Source: the human T2T-CHM13v2.0 reference genome, Homo sapiens. From it: a DNA stretch of 64,000 nt. The number at the start of each line of letters is the position of its first letter. The stretch's first letter is position 1. Positions 1 to 20,611 of the stretch are shown in pieces. A program made the translations under genes and the position numbers. The notes below the pieces were generated by a model. It had not been told where the DNA came from. It saw only the letters and a program-made list of their open reading frames with translations, and did not search any database. Location: assembly GCF_009914755.1 (NCBI RefSeq), contig NC_060946.1; one strand, 5' to 3'.

Positions 1-937
1 AAGTCTGGTTCCGTCGCCCAGGCTGGAATGCAGTGGTGCCATCTTGGCTCACTCCTTACAGGCATGAGTCACCTTGCCCGGCCTCAACTCCCTTTTACAA
101 GTACATACATTAACTGGGCGCGGTGGTTCACACCTGCAATCCCAGCACTTTGGGAGGCCAAGGCGGGCAATCACCCGAGGTCAGGAGTTCGAGATCAGCC
201 TGGCCAACATGGTGAAACCCCATCTCTACTAAAAATACAAAAATTAGCCGGGCATGGTGATGCACACCTGTAATCCCAGCTACTCAGGAGGCTGAGGCAG
301 GAGAATCACTTGAACCCGGGAGGCGGAGGTTGTGGTGAGCCGAGATCATACCGCTGCACTCCAGACTGGGTGACAGAGCCAGACTCTGTCTCAAAACCGA
401 ACAAACAAACACATATTAGCAATTTAACTCATCCTAATAAATGATGGCCACAATGAAATTATGAGTTTGGAGGGTCAGTTTTAAATTTTCATCTAAGACA
501 CATGGAATGATTGATAGGAAAAAATGTTTATTCTTGAAAATCACTGTGTGAACATTCAAGACCACCTTGGGAAACCGGCCCTATAGGACAATGAAGCTTG
601 GTATGCCCTGTCTGACAATGGCGTGAGTAGAAATAAACTCCCAAATGATCTAAGGCCATGTGGTGCTGAGAACACTCTAGAATGCGTTTTGGATGTGGTC
701 ACTTCACCATATTGCAAGCTGAGATGATAACTGGGTTAAAATTCTGAAAGCAGCCTAGGTACTCATTAGTGCAGCCTGTGGAAGCTGCATGTCTCACCTC
801 AAGCAGCAGGCCAAATGCTCACATGCTTGCACACTTACCTGCTTATACGCTGACCCGCTTATGTGATCACCTGCTCACACACACGTCTTGCACACTTACC
901 ACTTATGTGATTGCCTGCTTACATGTATACTCATTTA

Positions 938-1259
<322 letters not shown>

Positions 1260-1711
1260 CTACACAATTACATACCCCTGACCTGGTTGTATGCTTACTC
1301 ACTTACATATTTATATATTCACCTGTTTGTACGTTTCCCTGCTTACTTGCTGCATGCTTACCTCCTTACATGTGTCCCTTTTACATCAGTCTCACATAGT
1401 AACACAATTACATGCTTACTTGTTTATCTGGTTATCCTGTTGCATGCTTGCTTAGTTCCTTACATAGTCACACACTTACTGTTTACACGTACTGACATAA
1501 TCACACACTATATGATTACAAGTTTACACAATGACATGCTTACCCACTTATACAGCTCCAGATCTGCCAGGGCCCAACTGCAAAGACACCAATGGGGAAA
1601 TGCAAGGGGGTTGGATTTCAGAGAAGGCAGGCTCCTAGTTAGCAATCAGGCCCACTCTCATCCCTGGCACCTGACTCACACCAGCCTTTTCTTGAAAGAG
1701 CCCCGTCTATT

Positions 1712-2346
<635 letters not shown>

Positions 2347-3146
2347 TTTTTTTTTTTTTTTTTTTTTTTACCTTTTTTTTTCTTTTTTCTTTTTTTGAGA
2401 CGAGGCCTTGTTGTGTCGCCCAGGCTGGAGTTCAGCGGTGCAATCTTGGCTTACTGCAACCTCCGCCTCCCAGGTTCAAGCGATTCTCCTGCCTTAGCCT
2501 CCTGAGTAGCTGGGATTACAGGTGTGTGCCACCACCACACTCAGCTAATTTTTTTTTTTTTTTCTTTTTTTTGAGACAGAGTCTTGCTCTGTCACCCAGG
2601 CTGGAGTGCAGTGGCATGATCTCGGCTCACTGCAACCTCTGCCTCCCAGGTTTAAGCAATTCTGTGCCTCAGCCTCCCGAGTAGCTGGGATTACAGGCAC
2701 ATGCCACCACTCCTGGCTAATTTTTTAAATTTTTAGTAGGGATGGGATTTCACCATCTTGGCCTCAGGTGATCCACCCGCCTCGGCCTCCCAAAGTGCTG
2801 GGATTACAGGTATGAACCACCACACCCGGCCCTTCTGCCTTTATCTTCTGTCCCCAAGTTCTGGCACGCAAAAGAAAAAGACCCTCAGTGAATGCTTTTC
2901 AGGTGGAATAAGACTTGGCAAGACATTTCTACATCACTGAACACTAAACAAGTAGCTTAAAAGCCAATGAGCACTATTCTGAAAGTGAGGTCCCTCTATC
3001 TGCATTAGAATCATTACAGTGTTGGTTAAATACAGACTCCTGCAGGAGTTCGAGCCAGCCTGACCAATATGGCAAAACCCTGTCTCTACTAAAAATACAA
3101 AAATTAGCTGGGCGTGGTACCACACGCCTGTAATCCCAGCTACTCA

Positions 3147-3287
<141 letters not shown>

Positions 3288-4251
3288 CTAGCACCACTGG
3301 GGATAGGACCTGAGAGTCAACAATCTAACAGCTTACTTAGAGTCACTTGCCTAGAGTCATGCGAGGCAATTTCTGCTGCTCCCTTTTCTCCATGTGATGG
3401 GTTCTTGTTCATCCTTCGAGGTGAACTCCAATATCACCTCCACCACAAAGCACTCCTTGACTGACCTCAGACAGAACTAATTGCCTTATCCTCTCTGGGC
3501 TCACAGGTGAACTATGTTATTCACATTTGTGTCCTTGGCACCTAGCCCAGGAGTTAGCACATAATAGATGCTTATGTTTAAAAATAAAATTCCAGGCCAA
3601 GTGTGGTGGGTCACACCTCTAATCCCAACACTTTGGGAGGTTGAGGTGGGAGGATCGCTAGAGCCTAGGAGTTTGAGACCAGCCTAAGCAACATAGTAAG
3701 ACCCTGTTTCTACAAAAAAATAAAAAATTAGCCAGGTTTGGAGGCGTGAACCTGTAATCCCAACTACTCGGGAGGCTGAAGCAGGAGGATCACTTGAGCC
3801 TCGGAGGTTGAGGCTGCAGTGAGCTATGATGGTGCCACTGCAAGTCCTTGTCTCAAAAAATAAATAAATAAAAATAAATAAATAAAATTCAACCTCCCAT
3901 CTCTGGTCCATGAAGCCCTCAGTTAATCTGATCCTCCCCTTCCTACCTTTCTTCCACACCGCCCAATTCACCTCTTCCTACTCTGCTTCTCGTTATCCAT
4001 GCTCCTACCACAGTGGCCTTCATTCTGTTCCTTAAACTAGCCAAGCTACATCCAGCTTCTCAGGCTTTGCTGCCTGAAGAAAGTGAAGGGGCCCCCCAGT
4101 GACACCCTTTCTCATCATCCCATTTTATTTTTATCACATGTGTATCATTATCTAATAATTTCTTTTTTTTTTCCCCAATGTATTTATGTTCTGTTTCTCC
4201 TCAGGGAACATAGGCTGACTGATGAGACGAGAGATCTTTATGAGTCTAGCT

Positions 4252-4457
4252 CAGTGTTTCTTAAGCAGGTTTGATCTTTACCCCCAGGGGGCATTTGGCA
4301 GTGTCTGGAGACACTTCGGGCTGACACACCCGGGCACTGCTACTGGCATCTAGCGAGTAGAGACCAGAAATGCCACGAAACATCCTGCAATGCACAGAAC
4401 ACCACAAAGAATTATCCAGCCTTGAATAACAACAGTGCCACAGTGAAAGTAACCCTG
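4252..4457. mobile_element. MER20 hAT-Charlie DNA transposon fossil
   Basis: CCCCCAGGGGGCATTTGGCAGTGTCTGGAGAC...GCTACTGGCATCTAG..GTAGAG...CATCCTGCAATGCACAG. Confidence 0.85.
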
Positions 4458-5465
4458 GTCTAGATCGTCTCTGATGCCCCAGCGCCTGGACCGGCGCCTA
4501 GCAAATCGTACGTGGCTCAAGCTCAAACATTTTTGCTGCATGAACGAATGAAATGTTTGAATTACGTGTTGGATTTAATTTTAAAGCTGGAAAGGTCCTT
4601 AGAGAGCAATTAAACCACAAGTTTTTATATTCTGCTTCTGGAAGCCTCAGGCGATGGGGCAGAGTTTCAAGAATTCCGCTTGCCAGGAAGAATTTTTAGC
4701 TCAACGCTCAAGATGTAAACTTTAGGACTATGGTCTGTTTTATATATTGAGGTCCCAGCAAAATTGTCTGACAAGTTCTACCGCTTAAACAAACCGGACA
4801 AACTGTTGTTCCAGACCAGCCCCTTCATTGCACTGAGCTGAAAGGAAGCTCCCAGAGGAGTTGGGGGTTCCGCAATGTCACACAGAAAGCCAGGTTCAGG
4901 TCTCCTTGAGCGTCCAGCTGGCCTTGGTCACAGACTTGCCATGGCTCTGTGATTCACCAAAGACACAATTTAGGAGCAAGACAATGTGGTATAGCAGTTA
5001 CTAGCCCAGCTTCAGAGCAAGACAGGGTGGGTTTTCATCCTGGATCTGCCTACAACCAGCTGTGTGGCCTTGGATGTTTACTAACCCTCTCTGAGCCTGT
5101 TTCCCCTGAGGATCTGTGAGATGGAGATAATAATAGTACCCTCTTCATAGGGTTGTGATGCAGATTTAAAAAGTTAGTTGGCCAGGTGCCATGGCTCACA
5201 CCTGTAATCCTGGTGCTTTGGGAGGCTCAGACAGGAGGTTCACTGGAGCCCAGGAGTTGGAGGCTGCAGTGAGCCATGATCGTGTGACTGCACCCCAACC
5301 TGGGTGACACAAGACCCTGTCTCTAAAAATAATAATAATAATAAGACCAGGCGCAATGGCTCATGCCTGTAATCCTAACACTTTGGGAGGCCGAGGTGGG
5401 CAGATCACCTGAAGCCAGAAGTTCGAGACCAGCCTGGTCAACATGGTGAAACCCCATCTCTACTA

Positions 5466-5714
<249 letters not shown>

Positions 5715-5721
5715 CTATATG

Positions 5722-5833
5722 TAGGGTGACAAATTCATCCCAATTTGCCTGGGTCCTTCCCGGTTTTAGCACAGAAAGTCCTGCATCCCAGGAAGCCCCT
5801 CAGTCACATAAAGCAGGACAGTTTGTCATTCTA
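5722..5833. mobile_element. MER81-like hAT MITE with 8-bp TSD
   Basis: TAGGGTGACAAA...TTTGTCATTCTA terminal inverted repeats; TSD GCTATATG at 5714-5721 and 5834-5841. Confidence 0.8.
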
Positions 5834-8800
5834 GCTATATGTGTATGTTTGATGTGTGTTTTTTAAGAGATGGGATCTTGCTCTGTGGCCCAGGCTGGAG
5901 TACAGTGCCTCAGTCATAGCTTACTGTAGCCTCAAACTCCTGGGCTCAAGCAATCCTTCCACTTCAGCCTCCCAAGTAGCTGGGACTATAGGTACCATGC
6001 CCAGCTAGTTTTTTTAGAGAGAGATGAGGTCTCGCTATGTTGCCCAGGCTGGTCTCAAACCCCTGGCCTCAAGCGATCCTCCTGCCTCACCCTCCGAAAG
6101 TGCTGGAATGCTATGCGTTGAGCCACCACACCAGGCCTGATATTTTAAACAAAACTGTCTACATTACTGATCAGTAAATGTCTCTATTAATGTTCAGTTT
6201 GATTTTTCATTACTTGGTACTTTTCATGAAGGAAGGATTACTGACCAATTAATCACACAGATGAGAGAGCAGGGAATATCTTTAACCTACTTTCTAATAA
6301 TGAAGTTGGTCATTTTCTATCCATTCGTGCAAGGAGACACACAGCACCTCTATTTGGAAAACACTTTCTTAGCAGTTGGTTTGTTACTAGATTGCCTCAA
6401 ACAAGAGAACTCTTGTTTCTTTTTTCAAAAAGTCTACTTTTCAAACAGTTGCCAACTTCAGATGGAATTTTCCTCAGTAAGATTGAATCTTAGGCTTGAA
6501 AGAAGTTTAGAAAATGTCTAATCCAACCATGACATTTCCCAGATGGGACAAGTGAGGCCCAGAGAAGGCTACTAATTTTCCTGGAGTTACACAGCAGCAA
6601 AAGATGGTTCTAAGACTCAGGGCCAGGGTTTGAACTCCTGGGCCAGGGCTTTTTCAGGGGTTCTCAAACTGTGTTCCACACCCAATGGCAGGTTTCCTAG
6701 AGAAGTGGTTAGTGAGGGAACAAGAGGGAAGCTACATCACTGGGCAACCTCTACCCCTCCTCCTTCCATCCCGTAAGCTCCACTTTGACCATTTTGTACA
6801 TTGACCTTCAACTTAAGGACCCTCTGCAACAGGGTTCATCTCTGGAAAAACTCTTTTTGAAAGCCACTCAGTTATATTGTAGGATTTACACATTTTCCTC
6901 CCTGGAAAACTTTTGTTCCCATGGAGAAAACTTAACTTTTTCTTTGAACCACATTCTCCCCCTCTCTAATGGATTTTTACATATTTGGAAAAACAGAGGC
7001 ATGCATGGGCCTTTTACAAGCCAGCAGTTAAACTGAAAGGCTCGTTCACTTGCAGGAGAGCTGGGTGACTCAGGGCGTCAGTAACAACTGGCCCAGATGT
7101 GAAATCTCATGCTCATTGCTTAGAAAAATGTTTAGAAAAATGCTGCTGTTTGGGATCACCGGACGGAAGCTGCAGTGAGGGCCCAGGAGAGCCCCAAGGT
7201 CGACAGTTCCGAGGGAACAGGATGGAGGGGGGCGAAGGGTGGTGAGACCGTCCAGAACTCAAGGCTAAGCAGTGCAGGGGGCTGATGGTAAGATACGCCT
7301 TTCCCCCAGATGTCTCATTTTAAGCTGAAACAGACAAGATCCAAAGCCAGGAAAATATCCGGGATGGACCCCCAAAGTGGGAGAAAGACAAGAAACACAA
7401 CAAAGCCAAGTGCGCAGCCTTTGTCCATAGGGATCCTGGGCTCTGCATGGAGTGAGTCTAGGCTTAAAGGAAGGGCCAGGAGGCAGAAGCTGATTCCCCA
7501 AAGCAGAAGGGTGAAAGCCTGGACTTGATACTTGATGGAACTGGATTTGAATCCCAATTCAGCAACTCACAAGCTGTGTAACCGTGGGCAAGTTATCCAA
7601 CCTCTCTGAGCATCCTTTTCTCATTAGCAAAATGTAGACTGTCGTGATGCCTACCTTATAGGGTAGTGAAGGGTTAGAAAATAGAACAGTACTGCGCCTT
7701 ACAGTGCACCTGTGCCAAGGAAATAGTTGTAGCCACTAATTATTTATTTATTTATTTATTTATTTTTCTTTTTTTTGAGACAGGGTCTCACTCTGTCACC
7801 CAGGCTAGAGCACAGTGGTGCCATCACAGCTCACTGCAGCTTCAAACTCCTGGGCTCAAATGATCCTCCCACCTCAGCCTCCTGAGTACCTAGGACAACA
7901 GGTGCACCACCATACCCCGCTAATTTTTATTTTTTGTAGAGATGGGAGGGGGTGGGTCTCACTATGTTGCCCAGGCTGGTCTTGAACTCATGGTCTCAAG
8001 CAATCTTCCCACTTCACCTCCCAGAGGGTTGAGATTACAAGTGTGATCTACCACGCCCAACCTTCTAGCCATTATTTATTAAGGACCTACTAGGTTCCTA
8101 ACTGTGTTCACCTGAGCCTGAGTTCCTCCCCACAGGCCTGCTCAGCCTCTGTTTACCAGAGATTCTCCCTGATGCTGAGGGATGTTTAAAGTAGGGCTGA
8201 CACAATTCTTATGTGGAGCCAAAATAGATTTGGGTCAGAGGACACCCTGGGACACTTGGTCTTTTGACATAGGTGGCTGTGTTTGGCCAGCTGCCAGCAC
8301 ACAGTAGGGGGCTCAAGAAATATGAATGAGTGACTCCATGGAATAAAAGTTAAAGACTGAATGTTGATGAATGTCTCCTTCCGGATGGTGAAAAAAAAAA
8401 AACTTCAAGAATTCTTGAACATAATGTTGAAATAAGCCAGATACAAGAGAATTTTCTATGTGGTGGCATTTGTATAAAGTTCTAGGACAGACAAGATGAA
8501 TCTATGGTGAGAGGAGCCAGAACAGTGGTTGGCTAGGGGCTGGAAAGAACAGAAAAAGTTGTTCCTTGTCTGCCCAATATTTGTTCCCTGCTCTCTTGCC
8601 ACTAGTGTAGCCACTTCATAAAGTTCTGGTCAAGGAGATGTACGTGGAACTGTTGGGTGACCGTTGGAGAAAGCCTCTTATAAGGGCTGGTTCATACTAT
8701 TTGCCCCCTTGGTCTTATCTTCTTCCATCCTGCTCTCTGAATATAGATGTGATGGCTGGATCCCTGGCTGCTGCATTGGATCATGAGGACTAGGGCCATA

Positions 8801-8939
8801 GCCTAAGGTTGGAAGAGCTAGGAACTAGCTCCCTAACAACTCCATGAAGCTATCATACCAGCCCTGAACAGCTCACTGCTCAGCTCTGGACTTCCTTTAT
8901 ATGAGAGAGAGAAATGAATGTCTCTCTTGGGTGAGCCAC

Positions 8940-9827
<888 letters not shown>

Positions 9828-10134
9828 TAATACAGACAGGGTTTCACCATGTTGGCCAGGATGGTCTTGAACTCCTGACCTCAAGGGGGAACTCCTGCCC
9901 CTCAAGGGGGAGACCCACCTCGGCCTCCCAAAGTACTGGGATTATAGGCGTGAGCCACCGCGCCCAGCCACTATTCCATTTATGTCAAATTTCTTGGTGG
10001 GGTGCGGTGGCTCACGCCTATAATCCCAGCACTTTCAGAGGCCAAGGCAGCGGATCACCTGAGGTCAAGAGTTCAAGGCCAGCCTGGCCAACATGGTGAA
10101 ACTCTGTCTCTATTAAAAATACAAAAATTAGTCA

Positions 10135-10525
<391 letters not shown>

Positions 10526-10821
10526 ACAGTTTTTTTGTTGTTGTTGTTGTTGTTATTGTTTTTTGAGATGGGTTCTCACTCTCTCACCCAGGTGGTAATG
10601 CAGTGGCAGTATCTAGGCCCATTGCAACCTCCACTTCCCAGGCTCAATTGAACCTCCCACCTCAGCCTCCCGAGTAACTGGGACCACACGTGTGCGCCAC
10701 CACACCCGGCTAATTTTTGTATTTTTTGCAGTGACAGGGTTTCACCATGTTGCCCAGGCTTGTCTGGAACTCCTGAGCTCAGGCGATCCACCCACCTAGG
10801 CCTCCCAAAGTGCTGGGATTA

Positions 10822-11258
<437 letters not shown>

Positions 11259-12379
11259 TTATGTAAAAAATAAAAACCTCCATAGGAACATGAGTACATA
11301 TATCAATAAATGCAGAGAAACCTGTCTTGAAAGCTCTACCCCATACTTTTGGGAAAGGGAGCAGGAAGGGGTGGCTGGAAAGGGGGACTTCTACTTTACC
11401 GTGTAAGTTAATTCTTTGGGTAATTTTTTTAATTTAAAAAAAAAAAATCAAGCCCGAAAAAAGAAAAAGAGGCTGGGTGCCGTGGCTCATGCCTGTAATC
11501 CCAATACTCTGGAGGCCAAGATGGACAGATCACTGGAGTCCAGGAGTTCAAGACCAGCCGGGACAACATGGTGAAACCTTGTCTCTTAAAAAATAATAAT
11601 AATAAAATTAAGAAAAGAAAAAAATGCAAAAGATAGCAGTAGAGACTCCATCCCCCAGCACCTTCTTTTGTAATTATTGAGCCCACGGATTTAGGGAATT
11701 GGTATTTTTAAGAAGTAAAAACGTGTGGCTGCGTCTAGACTTAGGAAGTACTTACGGAATGATCTAGTCCAGTATATTTACTCTGCAGGTGAGGAGACTG
11801 AGGCCCAGGGAGGAACTGGAGCCTGTTCAACGCCAGAGCTCATTGGGCCTGGGCTGAAGTCCAGGTCTTAGATGAAGCTCCCAGCTCTGCCCCCGCACTG
11901 CACTCTGCACAAATTGTTTCGTGTCTCCAGGAAAGGGGAGTTTATAAATTTGGCCACATTTTGGAACAACAGAGCCATAAATGGACACGACCGAGGGAGG
12001 CTGGGAGGTACCTGACCTTTGAGGCTGGGGGCGGGGATGGGAAGAGAGGACAGGGCGGGCAGGCTCAGCCACAGCCCAGATTCCTGCATCCAGGGGAAAA
12101 TAACATGGAGAAAGGAGCCAGTCCAGCGGGAGGCCGAAGTGGAGCTGGTGAATGTGGAGGGCCAGGCCAACCAGGTTCAAACACCAGCCTCCGCCCCCTC
12201 CCCCACCACCTACAGACTTTGGGCAAGTGCCTTCACCTCTCTGAGCCTCAGTGGTCACCAACCCTAGTGAATAGCAACGACATCTGGCAAGTGTGTGAAA
12301 ATGGCAGATGGCCAGGCCCCGACTCCAACTTACGGTGAATCAGACTCTTCTAGGATGGGGTTTGGATACTCTGATGTAG

Positions 12380-12961
<582 letters not shown>

Positions 12962-15252
12962 TGATCTTGAACTCCTGAGCTCAAGCGATCCTCCCGCCTC
13001 AGCCTCCCAAAATGTTAGGATTACAGGCATGAGTCACCACACCCAGCACCAAAATCATTATTTTGATTAGACTCTGTTCCCTATAGATGGAAATCCAGGC
13101 TTCATAGCCTGGCATTCGGGACGTCACAGCAACCTCTTAAACAGAGCCATAAACTTCATACACTACCTGACCATCCCTCATCCCTCAGTTCCTTCAACAA
13201 GCACATGGAGAGTGCCCTCTCTGCAGCCCCAGATAAAATCGGGTCTCTGCCCTCCCTGGGGGTTCTAAGTGGGAATAAATTAAATTCCACACCCCAAGGT
13301 TCTCTTGTTTTTCCAAACACTTTCTTGCTCACACCTCTGAACCCTACTTTAATGGGGGGAAACCCACCAACAATCTCCTCCCACCTAAAGCTTTCCTGGT
13401 TCTCTGCACCCCCTGGCTGAATCCCCATTTACCATGGGGTCTACCCTTCTCATGAATGAATGAGTGAGTGAGTGAATGAACGAATCCCAACTAATTTGCC
13501 TCTGATCCCTAGCACTGTTTGTGGCCAATAATGTTTGTTGAAATACAATGGAATATGGATTTTCTAAGCCAGTTTTCATCTGAATGCAACAACCACTGAG
13601 AAACATTGCCAGTCAACCAACATTTATTGAGTAGCTACTACGTGCCTGGCACGTGGAAACAAAGCAGATCATTCCAGATATAGTAAGAGTTACAAGTGCT
13701 ATGGGAGGGAGAGAGACTGAGAGGTGCTATTTCATATGGAATGGTCAGGGAAGCCCCTTGGAGGAGGTGGCATTTGAGCTGGAGACTTGAAGACTGAGAC
13801 AGGCAGCCTGCAGAGCCCTAGAATGGTGACTTGATGTGGGTTTGAGCAGAGCTTTCTGACTTCTGAGTGGTGAATGGAGGTGGGGTGGGGGCAGTGGCCG
13901 GAGCCAAGTGACATGATGAACAGTGGTGTGGAGAAGTGGGGCCCAGCCACATGAAGAAAGACACCACAGGGGGGCTCTGCTGCTAGGGTGGGATCACTGG
14001 CCTTCTTCCAAGCTTTAGGCTATTTGATTCTCTGAGCTTTATCTGTGTTTTAAACACACACACAGAAGCAAGTAAAGAAAACAACCCCCCCTCCCCCGGC
14101 CCCAGAGCCTCAGAAGTTGGCTAAAGCCCACAGGGTTGTTTGTTTGTTTTGTAAAAAATATGTTTTCCACTGAATCTTCAGTTTTTTGTTTCAGCAGCTG
14201 GCATCCACCCAAGGGAACAAGTTAGCTGGGACAAACAGGGCTTCCGTCCCTCTGTCATTGTCCTCTGGATCACAGCTCGTGGCTGCTAAGAGGGTCATTT
14301 CCTGTGGCGAGAGGCAGGGCTGAGAAGGTGAAGTGTGGGGGCCAGGCCTTCCCACGGATGCAGCTGGGTCAGCTGCATTTCCCCAGAGGACACTGCTCCA
14401 GGGGAGGGGGTGGGGCAGGAGAAAGGCAGCCCCTGAGGTCAGGCTTGCAGCTCTGGCCCAGCAGTTCAATATTAAATCAGTTACTTGAGGTTTCACAACA
14501 CCAAGGAGCAAGGCTCCCAGGCTAGTCCTCAAGAAGAGCCTATTGCACTGATGTTGGAAAGTCATTTGTTTTGTTTGTTTGTTTGTTTGTTTGTTTTGAG
14601 ACAGAGTCTCCCTCTGTCGCCCAAGCTGGAGTACAGTTGCACGATCTCGGCTCGCTGTGTGATCACTTGAACCCCCTCTGCCTCCCGTTTCATGCGATTC
14701 TCATAGCCTTAGCCTCCCAAGTAGCTGGAATTACAGGTTTGCACTACCATGCCCAGCTAAATTTTTGTACTTTTAGTAGAGACAGGGTTTCGCCATGTTG
14801 GCCAGGCTGATCCTGAACTCCCAGTTTAGGTGATCTCCCCGTCTCGGCCTCCCAAAGTGCTGGGATTACAGGTGTGAGCCACAGCACCTGACCTGGAAAG
14901 TCATTTGTGTAGGATGAGAGGTACCCAGCCCATACACAAGATGGTCGGGGCACATGATTTGAAAACCCATCAAATTCAGGCCACATGACCTGAGAATGAG
15001 GTGAGACTGAGCTGTGTCTGGAAGACAGAAAAGCCCTTCTGCCACTATAGACCAGAGCAGGGGGCTCCAGGCATGGGAACCACTGAATTCCATGTCTCTG
15101 CAAGCCACATGTATGCCCAAATTCTGTTGAATTTCTAGGCTCAGCCCCTCCTGGTTATAATCTGGTTTCTCAAACTGGCTCTCTGTCCCCAGAAAGAGGA
15201 AGAAGGGTGCCAGGGCAGTGTCCAGCCCATATCCATCTAACTCCTCACACAC

Positions 15253-15604
15253 TGATATGGTTTGGCTGTGTCCCCGCCCAAATCTCAACTTGAATTGTAT
15301 CTCCCAGAATTCCCATGTGTTGTGGGAGGGACCCAGGGGGAGGTAATTGAATCATGGGGGCCGGTCTTTCCCATGCTATTCTCGTGATAGTGAATAAGTC
15401 TCATGAGATCTGATGGGTTTATCAGGGGTTTCTGCTTTTGCTTCTTCCTCATCCCTCTTGCCGCCACCATGTATGAAGTGCCTTTTGCCTTCCGCCATGA
15501 TTGTGAGGCCTCCCCAGCCATGTGGAACTGTAAGTCCAATTAAACCTCTTTTTATTCCCAGTCTTGGTATGTCTTTATCAGCAGCGTGAAAACAGACTAA
15601 TACA
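15253..15604 (+). mobile_element. THE1-type (MaLR) solo LTR, THE1A-like
   Basis: TGATATGGTTTGGCTGTGTCCCC...CAGACTAATACA termini, ATTAAA polyA signal, 5-bp TSD CACAC (15248-15252, 15605-15609). Confidence 0.92.
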
Positions 15605-16105
15605 CACACCTATGAGTTTTACATCAAGATCATGTGCCTTCCTCTCAGGCCATTCAGCTTTGTTCATAACCTCCAGTCACCATGGCCCACTTCAGACTCC
15701 TCCTTCCTGCTTCAGGGCCTTTGCCCATGACTTCCTCTGCTGGATCTCAAGTCAAAGTGCTCAAGACACCCTAAACTTTTCCTCTCAGAGCTAACTCCCA
15801 ACTGACAATAGTGATTTGTGTAGTCATTCACATGATGTTTTCTTCCTCCAAAGCACCATTGAAGACATTCCAAAAAGCGAGACAGGCACAGTGGCTCACA
15901 CTTATAATCACAGCTATTTGGAAGGCCAAGGCAGGAGGATTGCTGGAGCACAGGAGTTCGAGACCAGCCTAAGAAACATAGTGGGACCTTGTCTCTACAA
16001 AAAAAATAAAGAATAAAAAAATTAGCCAGGTGTGGTGGTGTATACCTGTTGTCCTAGCTACTCAAGAGGCTGAGGCTGGAGGATTGCTTGAACCTGGGAT
16101 GATCA

Positions 16106-16285
<180 letters not shown>

Positions 16286-16559
16286 TCATTGGCTGGAATC
16301 AGTCACATGGCTCCCCTAACAGCAAGGGAGGCTGGGAAATGTGGTCTAGTACAGTGTTGAAGAGGACGATGTGGACCACAGTGGGGTAAGGTGATTCCTC
16401 AAAATGAGAAGAAAGGGGTGATGGGGGCCTGGACAGGCAAAAGGCCCACTATGCACTCCACACGGCCTCCATAACCCCACCCAGGGAGGGGAAGGCATGT
16501 CTCCTGGGCCTCCTTCTGCCTTTTCCTGTGGATGGAAAACTCATTAGTGGTCAGCCTCT

Positions 16560-17258
<699 letters not shown>

Positions 17259-17965
17259 TAGAGATGGGGTCTCACTGTGTTGCCCACACTGGTCTCAAAC
17301 TCCTGGGCTCAAGCGATCAGCCCACCTTGGCCTTCCAAAATACTGAGGTCACAGGTGAGAGCCACTGTGCCTTGCCAATCATTCTTTTTATTACTGTTTA
17401 TAAACACACAAAATACATGTCGATGGGTTGGTCATCTTGGCTAGAACTGCTGCAGACTTACCAGGGAGAGGACCTCACGCACTTGGGGAAAAAAAGCCTT
17501 GGAGGATTTATCTACTCATCCTGTTTCTTTCCCACACACAGGAAATCCTGGGCAGGCAGAGCTTCCTGACCCAGGGGGAGCTGGTAGCAGCACTGGGTCA
17601 AGAATCGCCTCCTCCTGAAAGGAAATGTTTGGGTGGTCCAAGGGAATCCACACTGCCTTCCTCACAGCCTGGAGAAAGGGAAAGTTCAAAGTTCTGGATT
17701 CTAATCTCCACTCTGCCACTGGTCTCCTGTACTATTCTAGGCTGTGCCTTCCCCACCCTTGGGCCTTAGATTCCCATCTGTGAAGTACACAGATAACAGA
17801 ATAAATGTGCTGTAGGGTATCTTAGAATTGCTACATTCTGACTTTGTGCAATGGCTCATGCCTGTAATCCCAGCATTTTGGGAGGCTGGGATTACTATCT
17901 CAGACTTTCTGTGGGTCAGGTATTGGGAATGGCTTAATTAGGTAGTTCTGGCTCAGAATCTCTGA

Positions 17966-18280
<315 letters not shown>

Positions 18281-18285
18281 TAGCC

Positions 18286-18800
18286 TGTGCCCAGGTTTTA
18301 ATTTATAAAGGTGACTAAGTGACAACACAGAGAGGTCAATGCCATTGAAAGAAAAGTTTTACGTGACTTACAGTTCCCTAAAAATCAGAGGTATAGCATG
18401 CCAGGCGGGGCCACAGGGAGAAGCACTAGCGTCAGTCAGTCGAGAGGCAGAAAGGAGTAAGGAGAAGGCATAGCCACCGGTTTATTTTGTTTTCCACAGG
18501 AAGGCAAGGCAGGGTGTGGTAAACAGTTTAGGACTGCCTAGTTCGAATCATTCCAGAGAGCTCTGGGGAATAGGGGCTGTTCCTAGTTGCCCGGTACCTG
18601 GCCCTAGATTGATTTAGGGCAGGGTGTATGAGAATTGGATAAAGGAGGCTGAGGATATGGACTTGAAATTCACTGGTTTGTGTATAAAAGGTGGGCTCAC
18701 TGACAAGTTGTTCACTGTCTCTAGAAATTACCTAGCCCTAAAAGCAGAAGTCTCTTTCCAGCCGGCAAGCCCTCCCTTAAATATGTCAAAAACAACATAA
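18286..18800. mobile_element. ERV-class LTR-like element (family unresolved) inserted in an MLT1 relic (17898-17965 and 20520-20905)
   Basis: LTR-like composition; the MLT1-like sequence is split and resumes after the Alu cluster. Confidence 0.45.
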
Positions 18801-19146
18801 AATATGAGAAAATGTCCAGTTTGACATAGATTTAATATAAACAATGGTGCATTAATACACCCCAAAAGGAGTCCCAGATGGGCTATTTTTATCCCTTAAA
18901 ACATATACACACACACATGGAAACACACAAACTCCAAGAAAATGAAAAATGGTGGGGGGCAGTGGCTCACACCTCTAATCCCAGCACTCTGGGAGGTCAA
19001 GGCAGGAAGATCACTTGAGCCTGGGAGTTCAAGACCAGTCTGGACAACATAAGGAGACCCCCATCTCTACAAAAAAATTTTTAGGCCATGTGCAGTGGCT
19101 CACGCCTGTAATCCCAGCACTTTGGGAGGCCAAGGCGGGTGGATCA

Positions 19147-19365
<219 letters not shown>

Positions 19366-19694
19366 TTATCGGGCATGGTGGCGGGTGCCTGTAATCCCAG
19401 CTACTTAGGAGGCTGAGGCAGGAGAATTGCTTGGACCCAGAGGTGGAGATTGTAATGAGCTGAGACCATGCCACTGGCACAAGTCTGGGTGACAAGAGCG
19501 AAAACACGGCCTCAAAAAAAAAAAGAAAAATGTTTTTAAATTAGCCAGGCATGAGGGTGGGTGCTCACGCCTGTAATCCCAGCACTTTGGGAGGCTGAGG
19601 CGGGCAGATCACCTGAGGTTGGGAGTTCGAAACCAGCCTGGCCAACATGGCGAAACCCCATTTCTACTAAAAATACAAAAATTAGCCAGGCCTA

Positions 19695-19949
<255 letters not shown>

Positions 19950-20086
19950 TCATGCTACTGCACTCCAGGCTGGGCAACAGACCAAGACCCTGTCTCTTTA
20001 AAAAAAAAAAAAAAAAAAAAAGAAGCTGTGCACGGTGGCTCACGCCTGTAATCCCAACACTTTGGGAGGCTGAGGCAGGCAGATCA

Positions 20087-20611
<525 letters not shown>
